From Thalia democratica (taxonomy: Eukaryota), in contig OZ241830.1 in assembly GCA_965202585.1 (NCBI GenBank), forward strand, positions 26,288,001 through 26,352,000: DNA of 64,000 nt, written 5' to 3'. The notes beneath the pieces are model-generated. The model was given only the letters and a program-made list of their open reading frames with translations, was not told where the DNA came from and made no database searches. A program made the position numbers and the translations under genes. Below are positions 1 to 13,000 of the stretch, in pieces. Numbering within the stretch: position 1 is the first letter of the stretch; each line of letters begins with the position of its first letter.

Positions 1-604
1 TTAATAGAGTTTCGTATTCTATATAAAACAGTTTTGAAAGAAAAAAAATTAAATAATTTATAGAAAAAACGCAATAATTAAAAAAAAAAAAACAAACATT
101 ACTAATTTAAGTCACTTAAGGCTACAAAGTTATTTATCATAAAAAAACAGTTTAATGCACTTTTATCTTTTAGTTTTTTTCAACTATTATTCAAATAAGT
201 TTTATACGAAGCAAAATTTAAACATACTAAAAATTATTTTTAGTTATTTTTATTTTTTTTTATAAATTCGAATAAAGTAGATTGTTTTGTTGTCAAAGTT
301 ATAAATATTTTAGTACTTAAGAAAACTTTTAGTTATCTATTTCAGTGGTGTTTTTTTTTTAAATCCAACTCATCTTAGCTTAGATTTTTTTGGTAATTCG
401 CAAACAGTATTTATCGAATCTGCACTTGGTTTAGTTCTTGTTAACAAAATGATAAGACTTAAACTTTTAATGATTCGCCTTTAACAGTAAAGGTAGTTGT
501 TCGCTAATATTAACGCAGCGTCAGTCTAGACCACAGCATTACCTTCTAGCCTAAAGTATAAACTCCCAACAACCTCTTGTGCTCAAAGAGTACCTTATAA
601 ATGA

Positions 605-932
605 TCAGTATCTAAAATAAATGCTTACTCAAGAAAAATAGGACTGTATTAGATACAACTTTTAAAAAACGATTCAATTAAACTAATAAATTTTAAATTA
701 TAACTAAATAGTTTAATTAAAAAAAAATATATATATTAATTTTTTGTTACTATAACTAATAAATTTATAACACTAAGTTAAATAAGTAGCTGGGAATTGG
801 TAGCATGAGTTGTTTTTGTTTAGTTTATTAAATTGCCTTGTGCAATGTAAAATCTATTGTTTTACTTAATGTGGTTTCTTGTAGTTTTATACTGCAATTA
901 CAAATTAAGCATTGATTTATTTTAGATACTGA
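605..932. repeat. 18-bp perfect inverted repeat pair enclosing about 290 bp of AT-rich DNA (possible MITE relic)
   Basis: TCAGTATCTAAAATAAAT at 605-622 and its exact reverse complement ATTTATTTTAGATACTGA at 915-932; no clear TSD. Confidence 0.5.
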
Positions 933-1199
933 GTAACTAAAAGCTAAGAGGATGTATTAGATGAATCTTTGCATGTATTTGCTTGCAGTAAACTTTTTAT
1001 GAACGCATTAAAATTAATTGAATGCAGTTGTTTGTATAATACACAGATTTTTTTTCATAGTTAATGGCATTTTAATTTTTATTTTTATTTGTAGATGTTT
1101 AAAGTTAGATTATTTTCAATGTTTGTTAATAAAATATCCAAACAAAACAAGTTCTTCAGAATATACAAAAAATAAATACTTAATTTATCAAAATCTAAC

Positions 1200-4100
1200 G
1201 TCTTTACTCAGTATTACTAGCGAAGTTCTACGGAGTTTTTAAATGCATAAGTATTTAAAAGTATAGGAAAATATTTAATTGGTTATTATGCGTTTTTTAT
1301 TAACATAGAACAAAAATGTATAAACTACATGCATGAGTAAGAAAAATATCAGTGTATAGTAGTATATTAACAAAAAGCTTACCCATCTAAAGTAGAGTAA
1401 TAATTAAAAATATTCGTATATAAGTTTTGATATGATATTATAAAAGTTACTTTTAGAGATAAATCAACTACTATTAAGTTTTCAAACGACTTAAAAAATG
1501 ATAAAATTAAATAAAATATATTACAGTTTGTAAAAACAAAATCAACAATTCATATATAACAGCTTAGAAAACTTTGATAATACAGTAAATAAGTAATTTA
1601 AACGACTTTAAGTAAGGAACATAATCGAAATACTTTGATATATTTTATACTAATAAGTGTTTTATCTAAGTTTACTAACTTTTGTTTAGTTTGAAACTTA
1701 TTTTATTTTTTAACTTACGCTAAACCTTTTCTGAAACTACGAGCTAAAAAATCGAATAACAAGTTTAAGTCATCACTAAAAAAGTTTTTTAAATTGACAA
1801 AAAGATATACATTTTCATAAAGTTGGTTTTAAAACAAGGTTTATTAATCATGCAATGTTTTGTTTTATATGTTTTACTACAGTTATTCACCGGAAAAAAA
1901 TGTTTTGAAATTAATAAAATTATCAAATTTTGCTAGGCAACTAAAACTTTGAAAAAAGAAAAACACATTAGAGTTTTTTCAAAATATTATTGTTTTAAAA
2001 AAATTACCGTAATCTTATTTCTACTTATACAAGTAAATTATGTAAAATCACAACACGATGTTATTTGTTATACATTCAAAATCCAGCTGACAACTTCACA
2101 AATTTGTAAAAATAAAAAAATTAAATGAAGCTAATGACCTGACTAAATAATATTTTTGAGAGCAGAATTATAATATTTTAGCTTTTTAGGTTTAATTTAA
2201 ATGTTTGAAATTTAAAACTTTAAAATATGATGTAATGTTTAATTTTTGATTTCTTTAAAATGTTTTTTTTTTGTACTAATAGTTTTAAGTATATAAACAA
2301 ACAAAACAAAGTCGTTTCAACCCACTTTTGCAGCGTAAATAGATTCGTATTGTAAGTTTTCGTGTTTTTTCCAAATAAAGTTCCAGTTGTTACAATGACC
2401 CGGCATTTTGCAACCGACTTCCGCAGCTCCTTTTACTATTTTGTCGAACTCTACGCGGCAGTTTTCCTATAAATATGTTTTATTTATATTTATTTTACAA
2501 CCAGTAAATGAAAAAAAAAAGAAATATTTGTAAATAAATGAGCTCTGTTAGTAATTAACAATTTAGGTGTTTTGATAGTCTTTTTTTAATGTTTTTTTGT
2601 AATACTTTCTATTAATTTAGAAAAATCAGTTTTTAAAACTTGTACAAATATTTTTTGTAGTGATCAAAAATAAAGAACAGTATGTTTCACTTAATTTAAA
2701 TACCAGTTTTCCATCAGATTTTGTTAAACTTGCTGTAAGTTTCTTAGTATAGATAAGAGTCCAAATTATCATTATATCATTTCTTACCCTGAATTTATAA
2801 TTTGTAAGTATATTAGAAAATTTTTGTTTACAAACATACAGCTAAGTTCATAATAACTCCAATCTTATCAAAATATTTTTAAAACATTTTTGACGTAGTT
2901 ATTGGTATCAATTTAAAATCTAGTGTGAAATAGTTCTGAATATATTTCAAACTAAATAAAAAGAAAAATAGGGGTATGTTTAAAATCAATTCTTTGTGAG
3001 ATACTAGACTCAGTAAAATGTTTATAAGTACATTCAGATCAATTGAAAAAAATATTTTCAAAGTGTTTTAATTAAAGTTTCTTTTACTTATCGACCGATT
3101 GTTTAAATTAAAATTTATAAAAAAAAGTTTGTTTTAGCTCACGCCAGTTTATTTAACAGCTTTCGATTTCCTCTGAATTTTAGATTTAAATTATGCAAGA
3201 CTACTTCCTTTAAGACATACTCGTTTGAAGTATTTTTCAAATAACTTTTTACAAAGGCGTTTGACGCTCTTAGCACAACTAAATTGAATCTATAATGTTT
3301 AACAGATGAACATAAGTATAAAATTAATGAAGAACTTTATATAGTTTTGCTTTTAAAACACGAACTTTAATGCTATTTTCTGCAACAACTAAACATTTAT
3401 TAATGTTTTAGTCTAAAGCAGGGTTTCCCAAAGTGGGCCAAGTGGCCCCCTAGGGGGCCATGACAGATACTCAGGGGGCCATGAGCAGCAAAGGGGGAAG
3501 AGGGGGGGCCATGAGGAATAACTTGAAACTTACACTAGATATTCTTGAGTTGCAGATGAAGAGCAAAAAAAAAAAAAAAAAAAAAACAAGGTCTTATGTG
3601 TATTTTATCTTTATGGCAGTTTAGAAACTTACACTAGATATTCCTGAGTTTCAGATGAAGAGCAAAAAAAAAAAAAAAAAAGGTCTTATGTGTATTTCAC
3701 GTAGTTTATGAGTAATCTATATGTTGAAGGGGGCCATTACTTTTTCAAACTCTTTAAAGGGGGCCATTAGGAAAAAAGTTTGGGAAACCCTGGTCTAAAG
3801 TATTTAAAAATGGAAAAAGAAGTATTTTTATTTTAACATACTAAAAATGAAATTTTATTAACATTTAAAAATAGTATATTAGATTTTTAAAATTAATAAA
3901 GATTTTAAAACCCATAACAGTTTACAATAAATTGATAAGCCTTTGAATTGACTTATTAAGCCACCATTAAACTGTCAAACTTCATTAAACAAATTAACTA
4001 AGTCTGTAGTATTAATACTTTTTACATTTTAACAGTTTATAATATACAGCTTAAGTTCATAAACATAACACTTATTTTAAAATCGAGCCTTTTTGTTAAT

Positions 4101-4707
4101 ATTAACTTGTAACCCTTACACGGATACAAATATACCTGGATTATAGAGTTTATGAGTAAAAACATGAACCTTTCCACTTTTATTTTTGCTTCTTTTTTTC
4201 TCATTTCTATTGTTATTGGTAGCATTCCGGGTGTGAGCAAATCAACTTTTTTATTTATTTTATTCTTAACAGCTTTTCCATTTAAAAATGGTTCGGTTTT
4301 TTATTTGATATACACGATTAAATTATCCATACTATGTAAAAAAAATTGAATAATTTACACAAAAGAATAAAAGCTACACAAAAGTGTTATAAAAACAAAC
4401 ACATCTAACCAATGTTAGTTTTGTTTAAAAAATCGTAGTCCGGATTTTTAACTTCATTAACTTGAGTTGCATGATTAGGAAATAAAAAAGAGCTATCTTT
4501 TTTTACGTTGACTTCAGGATTGTATGCTGTCGGTTTCGACCTTAAGTTACATATTCCAACTCCTATTAAAATTCCACAAACTAAGCTAAAAAGAATAGAA
4601 AATGCAAGTTTTTTATCTACTTTGGTTATTCGCTCTTGAACCCATCTTGTGATTTCAGTGAAATTGTAACGAACACTAGTGCAACTTACTGTTTTATTTT
4701 TTGTCAT
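1200..4707 (-). CDS. Multi-exon gene for an uncharacterised type II (N-terminally anchored) membrane protein; 3' end uncertain
   Basis: Exon 4707-4410 (MTKNKTV...KKLAFSILFSLVCGILIGVGICNLR..., one hydrophobic segment) ends at a G|GTTAG donor. Downstream exons with canonical sites and mutually consistent phases: 3289-3221 (or 3143), 2788-2704 (VRNDIMIIWTLIYTKKLTASLTKSDGKL), 2466-2326 (ENCRVEFDKIVKGAAEVGCKMPGHCNNWNFIWKKHENLQYESIYAAK), 2086-2052, 1775-1719 (DDLNLLFDFLARSFRKGL), 1227-1200. Exon 4272-4136 is tentative and the link from 4136 to 3289 is unresolved. Confidence 0.55.
3419..3792. mobile_element. Non-autonomous hAT-family MITE (374 bp) in an intron
   Basis: 14-bp TIRs CAGGGTTTCCCAAA / TTTGGGAAACCCTG; perfect 8-bp TSD GTCTAAAG at 3411-3418 and 3793-3800; internal direct duplication of about 80 bp (about 3525-3605 and 3623-3698) with poly-A runs; no transposase ORF. 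Confidence 0.92.
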
Positions 4708-7700
4708 TTTTTACTATGTAACTACTAGTATTTTGTTGTAATTTTTCGTTTTGTTTGGTATCATAGAAAAGTTTAGATTTAACCGTTAACACAAACTAGT
4801 CTATTATTTTAGAATTGTTTAAAATATAGTAAGCAAAATAGTTTTTGAACTAGTTACATAAATAAAAACTTCAATATTTAAACAAATCTTGATGTTATAC
4901 TAAAACTAAAATTTTTCACCGTATAGTTTAATCCTAATACTTAATTAAGAGTTGAGATATCGAAAAAAAAAAAGGATATTGTTTTTTTTTTTTTGATGAA
5001 TTAATGTTTTCATGTAAGCAAAACACTTGAAAACCAGTAAACACTTAAAACTACAATCATTAAACAAATTTATGAACAACAATAGAAAGATAAAATACCA
5101 TATTAATTGTGCTACTTTAAACTCTAATTGCAAAAATGTTTCGAAAACTTTAACAAAGAGTACTTAAAGTCAGCAATCGTTAGTTTTTAAATAGTAAGAA
5201 CAAATATTCTAAAACAGTCTACATAATTTTTAAAACAAAATAGTTATAATTTAGAAATAATTGAAAATATACAAAATAAAATTACTTTTTTAATAAAAAT
5301 AAGATTTGTGTTTAGTGTCTTAAATTTGTGTTTATTTCATAATGGAAAAAAAAATTATAATGGTTTAAGAAAATGTTTTTTTTTGTAAAATCAAGACACT
5401 AAAACTTAATAAGTTTAAAAAAAAAGTTGCCCATACTTTAACAAGTTAAAAAAAAATTGTAATTTATCAAAAAAATCAAAATAATTTGTTTACTACAACA
5501 TCGTTAAATAAAATAGTTATAAGATAGATTTTGATATAAAATATCTTTTCAGTTTTTTTAAATTCTAAAAAGTCAAAAGGTTTATCGTCGTTGTTTTTTA
5601 AACTCACCTTGAACTTACTTGTAGACTAATGACTTATACTTTAAATTAAAATTAGTTGTATGTGAGTAACATATAGGTCACACAAAATAGTCAATAGGTC
5701 ACAAAATATAATATTTTAATAAAATTTTAACAGTTATTAGAAGAAAACACCAAAACAATAAAAAACATTTAATGAACTGTTACAAAGTTTAAACAGAATA
5801 TTATTTATTGTTAAAAAATAGTAGTTAAATCAAGTATAATTTATTTAAACTAAAACATAATAACTGTACATTCAAAACTAAAACTGAATGAAAAAAAAAA
5901 GCATATTGGTTTTGAAATTAAATAAATTAGTTTCAAAGATCCATATACCAAGTACATTGAAAATTTTATTTTGTGTTGTTTTTATAATTTGAGTAAGTTT
6001 TTTTACAACTATTTAATCAGAACAGTTAACTTAAAAATTTGTAAAGTAGTAACTTTTATAGGTTACATAATATAATATCATATTTTTAAACTAAAATGAA
6101 AGCATGAAATCCAATAAATTTTTTTAAAGTAACTTTTAATAATTTTGTTTAACAAATTAATTTAAAACAGTTTTTGAAAGCATACTTTATAAAATAAGTA
6201 AACTAAGCACCAAAACATTATTATATAATTAAAACATTTTTTAGTGAGTTTACCTAGATAGTGTGTAGATAAAGTATTTTCCATAAAAGGTTTTCATGAT
6301 CTAGAGAAAAATTAGTCATATTTTTATATTTAATCAAAAAAAAAACTTGAAAATTTGATTTTGATACTGTTGAATTTTAGTTTTTTCTACGTATATGAGC
6401 ATTTTTACGAAAAACAAAATGTTTTTCATTATAGCTTGCTTTAAGTTTGTATTGGTTAAAGAAACGCTATTTTGAACACAAACTAAAGATCAGTATAAGT
6501 TAAACTGTAGTATCATTGTTTTTAAAGTGTAGTAAATATCAATTACGACTCAAAATTTTACAAATTTAAACTTATGTATATGTATATATATAAATTTTTG
6601 TAAAAGTAATTCTTTAAATCTTCAAAGTGGTAAAACAAATTCATGTTTAATTAATTAAAACTAACTTAGATGTAAACATTTAGAATAAAAGTAACGAGCT
6701 TGAAAATATTAGCCGTACTTTAAAAACAACTTATTATAAAAGCATTTTAATAATTATTTTTTATAGGAAGGTCTATTTTTCTTAAAATCAAATTTTTATA
6801 TTAGACGTTTTTGTACATTATTAGCACATGTTCACTAAATATGTTTAACTAAACTTTATGTTTTGAGTAACTTTTTAATGTTGTCACAGTTTTTGATTTT
6901 GTTTTCAAAATTGCAGACTTTCATTTGAAAAAAAATGAATCGTCAAACATATCAGTATAATTTTTTATTAATCAACTGTTAATACGTCAATTTTTATACA
7001 TTAATTTACCTTTTTCAAAGCAAAGTTAAAAGTTCAATGTTTTCATCAGTATCAACATTTTTTAAAAACCTAAAACAGTAAACAATACTGACTGACTTTA
7101 ATCAATTTAAAACAAGACTATTGTAAAAATATATCAAAACTTAAATGTGCTGTAAATTTTGACATAACTAATTTTTAATGGTAGCAATATAAGCGAAAAG
7201 TAATTACATTGTAGTTCGAATAAACGAAAATACATAAGAAGGTATCAAAAATTCTATTAAACACTTACATAGAACGAAATATTGCTAATAAAAACTTGCA
7301 AAAATCTATCTAGTTTTTGCTATTTATAAATTTTGCAAGGAAACAACAAATAAATAATTCTACTACGACAACAAAAAATATTTAGAAAGTCTAAACTAAT
7401 ATTCAAACATTAATTTTTTTTTGTACTTTAACCAAACTCAAAGGTACTTTAAAATATGTTTTATTTTTAAAAAGTAAGCAGCTATACTGCTTGTTTTACG
7501 AATAAAGCATAAGAAACGAAAAAGTATGAAATAGAAAAAAAAATCTAGTAAAAATGTACTACTATTACGCTGAGGGGTTGTCATGCTACAAACTTCAATT
7601 AAAAATTACATTTTATTTAAAGTTTATTTGTACTTATTAAAGTTATTTTCTTCTTAAAATACTTTTAAAAGGTTAACTACTTTTGTTTGATAACATTAAA

Positions 7701-9932
7701 ATTGGCCATTCTTAACATAACTAGTTTTATTAATAATAAACACTTTTTATGAAACTAGACAAGTTTAAATTATTTTCTAGCAATAAAAACTTTTTTATTA
7801 CTTAGCATGTTCTTATACATTTAAAAAACTAAACTTGTTTTTATTAATGTAAACTGTTTAAAATTATTTTAAACTCAATGACACAAAGTAGTAGTTAAAC
7901 TATATTTGTACAAAATAGAACATTTATCAATGTTTTAATATCATTTCAGTATTTGTTAATAAGTTTAAGCTTTTTTGTACATGTCGTGTTCAAATTGTAG
8001 TTAACAAAAATATCAAGCTTTATTATCTTTAGTTTAATTTAAGTTTTTGCCACTTAGATAAATAAAGCTTACTACAAAAACTTTATTTCAATGATTATAA
8101 CACAAAGCTTAAACACAACCTTTCCTTGGTAATAGTTGGTGATATACAAAACCTTTATCTGCTAAAATTATTTTTTCCGTTCATTTTTTTCGGTCTTTAA
8201 GTTTTATTCTTTTTAGTTTAAATATCTTTACTTTTATAAGTAGCTATAAAATTTAGAGAAACTGAACATCTGTCTTAAAATTTAAAAAACTATTTAAACT
8301 AAACTGTATGCTAAAATATGTGATTTGTACTTCTAGATAACAAAAAAGTAATTAGTTTGTTTGTTAAACGGAATTTATTTAAAGTAATCTTTAGGTTATC
8401 TTATGTACTTAAAAGACAAAATAATTATAAGTATTTTGATATAAACACTTAACAAAACATTAAATTCATTGTTTAAGTTTAATTTCAAATGTAAGATAAA
8501 AAAAACATAAATCATACCTTGCATTAAAAACATATGATATTAGAAAAGTAGAAATAAAACTATGTAAAACATAAACAAATGTTTCTACTGTATTTAAAAT
8601 TGTTTAGAAAAAGTTATCAACAATTCTATTTTTCTCATAACACTGTAGTAAAAATTAAAATGTCAATAGAGTTTGAAACTTTTGTTAACTTTCACAAAAA
8701 TTTTTTTTTTAATATTTTAGTTTTATTTCTGTTTTGTTTTAAAAAATGTTTTTATTAGTTTTAAATTATCATAAAGCGTTTCAACTTTTTATTAGTTGTA
8801 TTTAATATTAAAAAGAAAAAGTCGTACATTTTAAATTTCTATACATGCAATTAAACTTAACTACCTGTAGGTTACATCTATAATAGCTAAAAAATAAAGT
8901 TTACCTTTTTTTAGTTTGTAAAATAAAGCAAACAACCTTCAAGGTAGGAGTAACATAGAAAAACTTTCAAATGACATCAATGAATCAAAAGTTTATTGTA
9001 TTTAATACTCTTTTAATTTTTAAGTTTAAACAACACTATGAAAACAAAGTTTAGAAAATCTAACCTAACATACTTAAAACTTATACAATAAGAAATATAT
9101 GGATACTTTATATAAAAGCATAAAGCAAAACAACTACGCACAAAATTTAAAAAATGTTTAATTTTATTACTAAATTCTAAAGCACATAAATAACATTTTG
9201 TTGCAAATAAATTTTCAGTGAAGTAAAATTGAAGTAATAAGAAATGTTGTAAAAGGGGTTAACAAGAGATAAACTAATATTAAAAATAAAAATAGATTTT
9301 TTTAATGTTTTTAAGTTCAAATAAACAAATAAAAAATTGTAAATACTTAATAGCTTGTGTTGTTATTCTACTTTAAAACTTACACATTATTAAGTTTAGT
9401 CGATCAGAAATCAATTTGAAAAATCTTAAAAAAAAATAGGAAAAATATAAAAAATGCAGCAACATAACTTTGGCTCAAATATAGAATTTTTTTACTCAAA
9501 ATAGAGAACTTAAAAAAACTTAAATAAAAAATTTTATAAAAAACTAATACCACACCACAATGAAACTTCTAAAAACTACATAAGTTACAAAAGAACAGCT
9601 TAAATGACAATCTTTTTTATCTAAAGTTGTAGGTGGAAATCTAGTTTAAATTAGCTAAAAATAGAAAAAAAAACAGTAAATCATTTTAGATTTTAAACAC
9701 TAGTTTTCTCTTTGTGAATACGTAAGTGTTGATTTGCGATTTTAAGTTAACAATCCTATTACTTTTAATATTCTAACAACTGTAGGTTGTTAAGATTTTA
9801 TAGTTATTAAGAAACAAGAAATACTAAAAAGTAAAAGTATTTTTCATAATTTCTAGCCTCTAGTGTAAAATTTAAACAAATGAAAAAATACAAAAATAAA
9901 AGTGCTTTTAAGTCCACGCAACTAAAATACAT

Positions 9933-10068
9933 TTAAAAAGAAGATTCCCTGTCAATTTTTACATTGTTAAAAAGAAGATTCACTTTAAATTTGTACATTG
10001 TTAAAAAGAAGATTAACTTTGAATTCGTACATTGTTAAAAAGAAGATTCCCTGTCAATTTGTACATTG
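9933..10068 (-). repeat. 4 x 34-bp tandem repeat spanning the SLC5 stop codon and 3'UTR
   Basis: Units at 9933-9966, 9967-10000, 10001-10034 and 10035-10068, consensus TTAAAAAGAAGATTcmCTkTsAATTtgTACATTG; the 10035-10068 unit encodes the last codons and the TAA. Confidence 0.95.
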
Positions 10069-13000
10069 TTAGGAGGTTGTGTTGCTTGTTGATACACTGA
10101 AGACTGCTCACCTTGCTCCAGCAACGGGGTCTTAGGAGGAACCCAGGAATCACTTCTCTCCAACTCACTAGAGGTCGCTTTTTTCTTTTTTCTTAGAAAT
10201 TCGCACAAAAGCTTTTCGTCTATTTCTTTGTCTCCGTTGAAACCTTAATTTCATTTCTATGCATTAGTGAATTGTAAAATATATAAAAGTTAAATGTTAG
10301 AAAATAAAAACCAATTCTATAACAGTACTTCTTAGCTAAAGCTAGTGTAAATAGTAAACAAATTTTACTGGAACAGTAAGGGTTTTAAAACATTTTAACT
10401 CACTACTCTTTTAATAACTTTAATTTTATTTTTTATATAAAAGTTGTTTACAAAAGCTGTAACTCAAAAGCTTTTTGTTTTTACTAAACGTAGAAAATTA
10501 AAGTTGTGACTAATTATACTAGTAACTTTTAGTTTACTTGTATATAAAACAACTAAATAAAGTTTATTTTAAATTCTATAAAATTGTATGAAACCTGTTA
10601 ATGCGCTGACTAATAACCCAACAAGAATTGTAATTATTGCCCCAATTGGTGCTATGTAAATGTATGAAATATCGTAGAAGAATGCTATAGGCGGTCTGTA
10701 TAAACATTTAAAGTAAACAAGTAACATATTTTAGATATGTTTTGTGTTTAAGAAAAATACATTTATTTAAAAATAAAAGACTTTGTCGTAAAAAAAAACT
10801 TATTTAATACTAAAAAAAAGGTTACCTTATTTAGTTCACTAAATGTATATTAAATAAATTTTAAAGTAGTATTTAACATAAAATAGCACTTGGTTATATC
10901 ATACTTAACAAAACACTTAAAAATGTATAAAAGTTTAGAGTTGCAGATAAAGTTAAACTTTATAAAATTTTATCTGCATTTACCTTTCTTCTTCAATTTT
11001 GATCATTTCAGTTGTTGTTGCATTAAAATACGCAGCATTTGTTGCATTGTAATAGCCATCTGTAGTGTTGTAGTAGCTCTGCGTAATTTGATCTCCAGCT
11101 ACGTAAACTAAGCACTCTTCAGTCGAAACTGGCATGACTCTCCTGAACTTAGCAGGTTTCGGGTACATTTGGGTTCCAACAAACTTCCACACGTTTATTC
11201 CGAAACCGACCAATGTTCCTACGATTGCACCCTACAAAAATATTTTGCTTTGATGTTTTTCAGTGAAAATTTTTCTAATTGCAAATGGTATTAAAATTGG
11301 TCTAGCATTTTTTATTGTGTTCCTAAAGTTTTAAGAGATAAACAATTGGTGTATAAACTGTAAAAAGATATGTTTACAAATTAGAACTTATAAAAGCTTA
11401 GTAGATGTGAACATATTATTTTTTAATGCGAAGGCAACAATTTAGCACTTGCTATGTGCTTGTAAAGTTCAAATGTTTTCTGTAAATAAACGAATTTTAC
11501 ATTTCCTCTTTGTAAAAATTTGTCTGTTTAAGCTTATTACGACATAAAGCTACTTTGCTTACAAAATGTTTCTACAATTTTGTTGACTTTTCTCATTTCA
11601 CTGAGTCAAGTTCGACTACTTGATTGGTCAATTTACAAGGTTAAAATGTAAACAAATTCAAAACATTTAAATTTAAATTCGGCAATCTAGTAGAAAACAT
11701 CTAATAAAAACATTAAAAGTCAAGATTAGTATTAAAAAAGTTAGCAACAATGTTTATTTTTAAAATTTTTATGTTTTTTATACTAAAGTGAATACTCAGA
11801 AAATTGTTAAAACTAACTTATTTTTGAATAAAAGTGCCAAAAAAAGGCTTTTGTACTTAAAGCTGATTAAAATTAAAAAAATTAAATCTTTTTAACTGTG
11901 TTTAAAAAGCAGACATTAAAACAATTCTCACCAAACTGTTAACTTTCGGCATCATCAATCCCATGGTAAACAAACCGACAAGTGCGCCACCTATCGCTCC
12001 CAACACCGTGTACGCCATCTAGTGGTAAATTTTGATTTGTCAATATATTAGTCGCGGTACCCAAATAATTAAATTATTGTTTAATATAAGCAACTAACTT
12101 ACGATAATAAATATAAGCAACTAAGTTACGATAATAAATAGTAATGTAACTATCAAAGTATTAAATTACTATTATTACAGACTATCCTATCTAGTGATTA
12201 AAATAGAGTTTCAAGTAACATAAGTTAGCAAATACGCTTAAGTAACCTTAAACTAAAACTTATAGTAATTTATGACTTAAAATTGTCGCTGCATTGTTTT
12301 TGTTTTTAATTATATTATTGGGTCAATCAGTACAAAAAATTAACCGCTCTTTTAATAAAAAAAGAAAACTGATATTTTCTTAGTACACCGTACCTTTATA
12401 TTTGTATCATATAATTTAAAGTTACACGACTTTCCAATTACATCAGATCACATTAAATAGTAATAAAAAAAGAAAAGTAAGAAGTAATCTAACTTAAGAT
12501 TAATCTTTAATAAAATATGTAGTTTAAAATAGTATAATGTTTGTTTCGCATCCACTAAAAAATTAAATATTTATAAATCTTAAATAAATAAAATAAAGCT
12601 ATACTTGCAGATTCTTGTGCTTTATGCTTCAAAAATTTTGTGTTTTTCAAAACCTTGTGTTATAAATTATAAGTAATTAGCTAACTAGTACAGTAAATAG
12701 TTCACTTAAGTTTGCATGCATTTACATGGAATGGGTGTTGAAACTTTTTGTTTGTCAAGACATTGTTTACTTTGAGCTTTGTTTGTAACTTGTATACTTA
12801 TGTTTACTTATTGGGATGTTTTTTACATGATGGCTGAACTTTTTTTTCAGCAACACTTACTTTTTTCTTCTCATAAAGTTATTTTAACTAAGTAGACTTC
12901 AATAAAAGAAAATTAATTTTTAAATTTTTTAAAAGTGTATTTATTGCAACAGACTAGTAAAAATGTTTTAAATATTTAAGCAACAATATAACTAAGGTTA

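Noticed and set aside
1018-1242. Short AT-rich ORFs (1018-1242, 2879-3061, 4152-4349, 4945-5133, 20410-20634, 22760-22957, 25046-25279, 28411-28662, 52511-52699)
   Set aside because: F/L/I/K-rich translations typical of non-coding AT-rich DNA, many with non-ATG starts and no splice support.
5000-9900. Hidden genes or RNA genes in the long AT-rich interval
   Set aside because: No phase-consistent exon chain, tRNA cloverleaf, rRNA or snRNA motif was recognisable by eye; very small exons could have been missed.
9933-10068. 34-bp repeats as a CRISPR array
   Set aside because: Units are head-to-tail with no unique spacers, overlap a eukaryotic coding exon, and no cas genes are present.
12084-12137. 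2 x 27-bp intronic tandem duplication (also 2 x 19 bp near 21896-21930)
   Set aside because: Ordinary slippage-type duplications with no sign of function.
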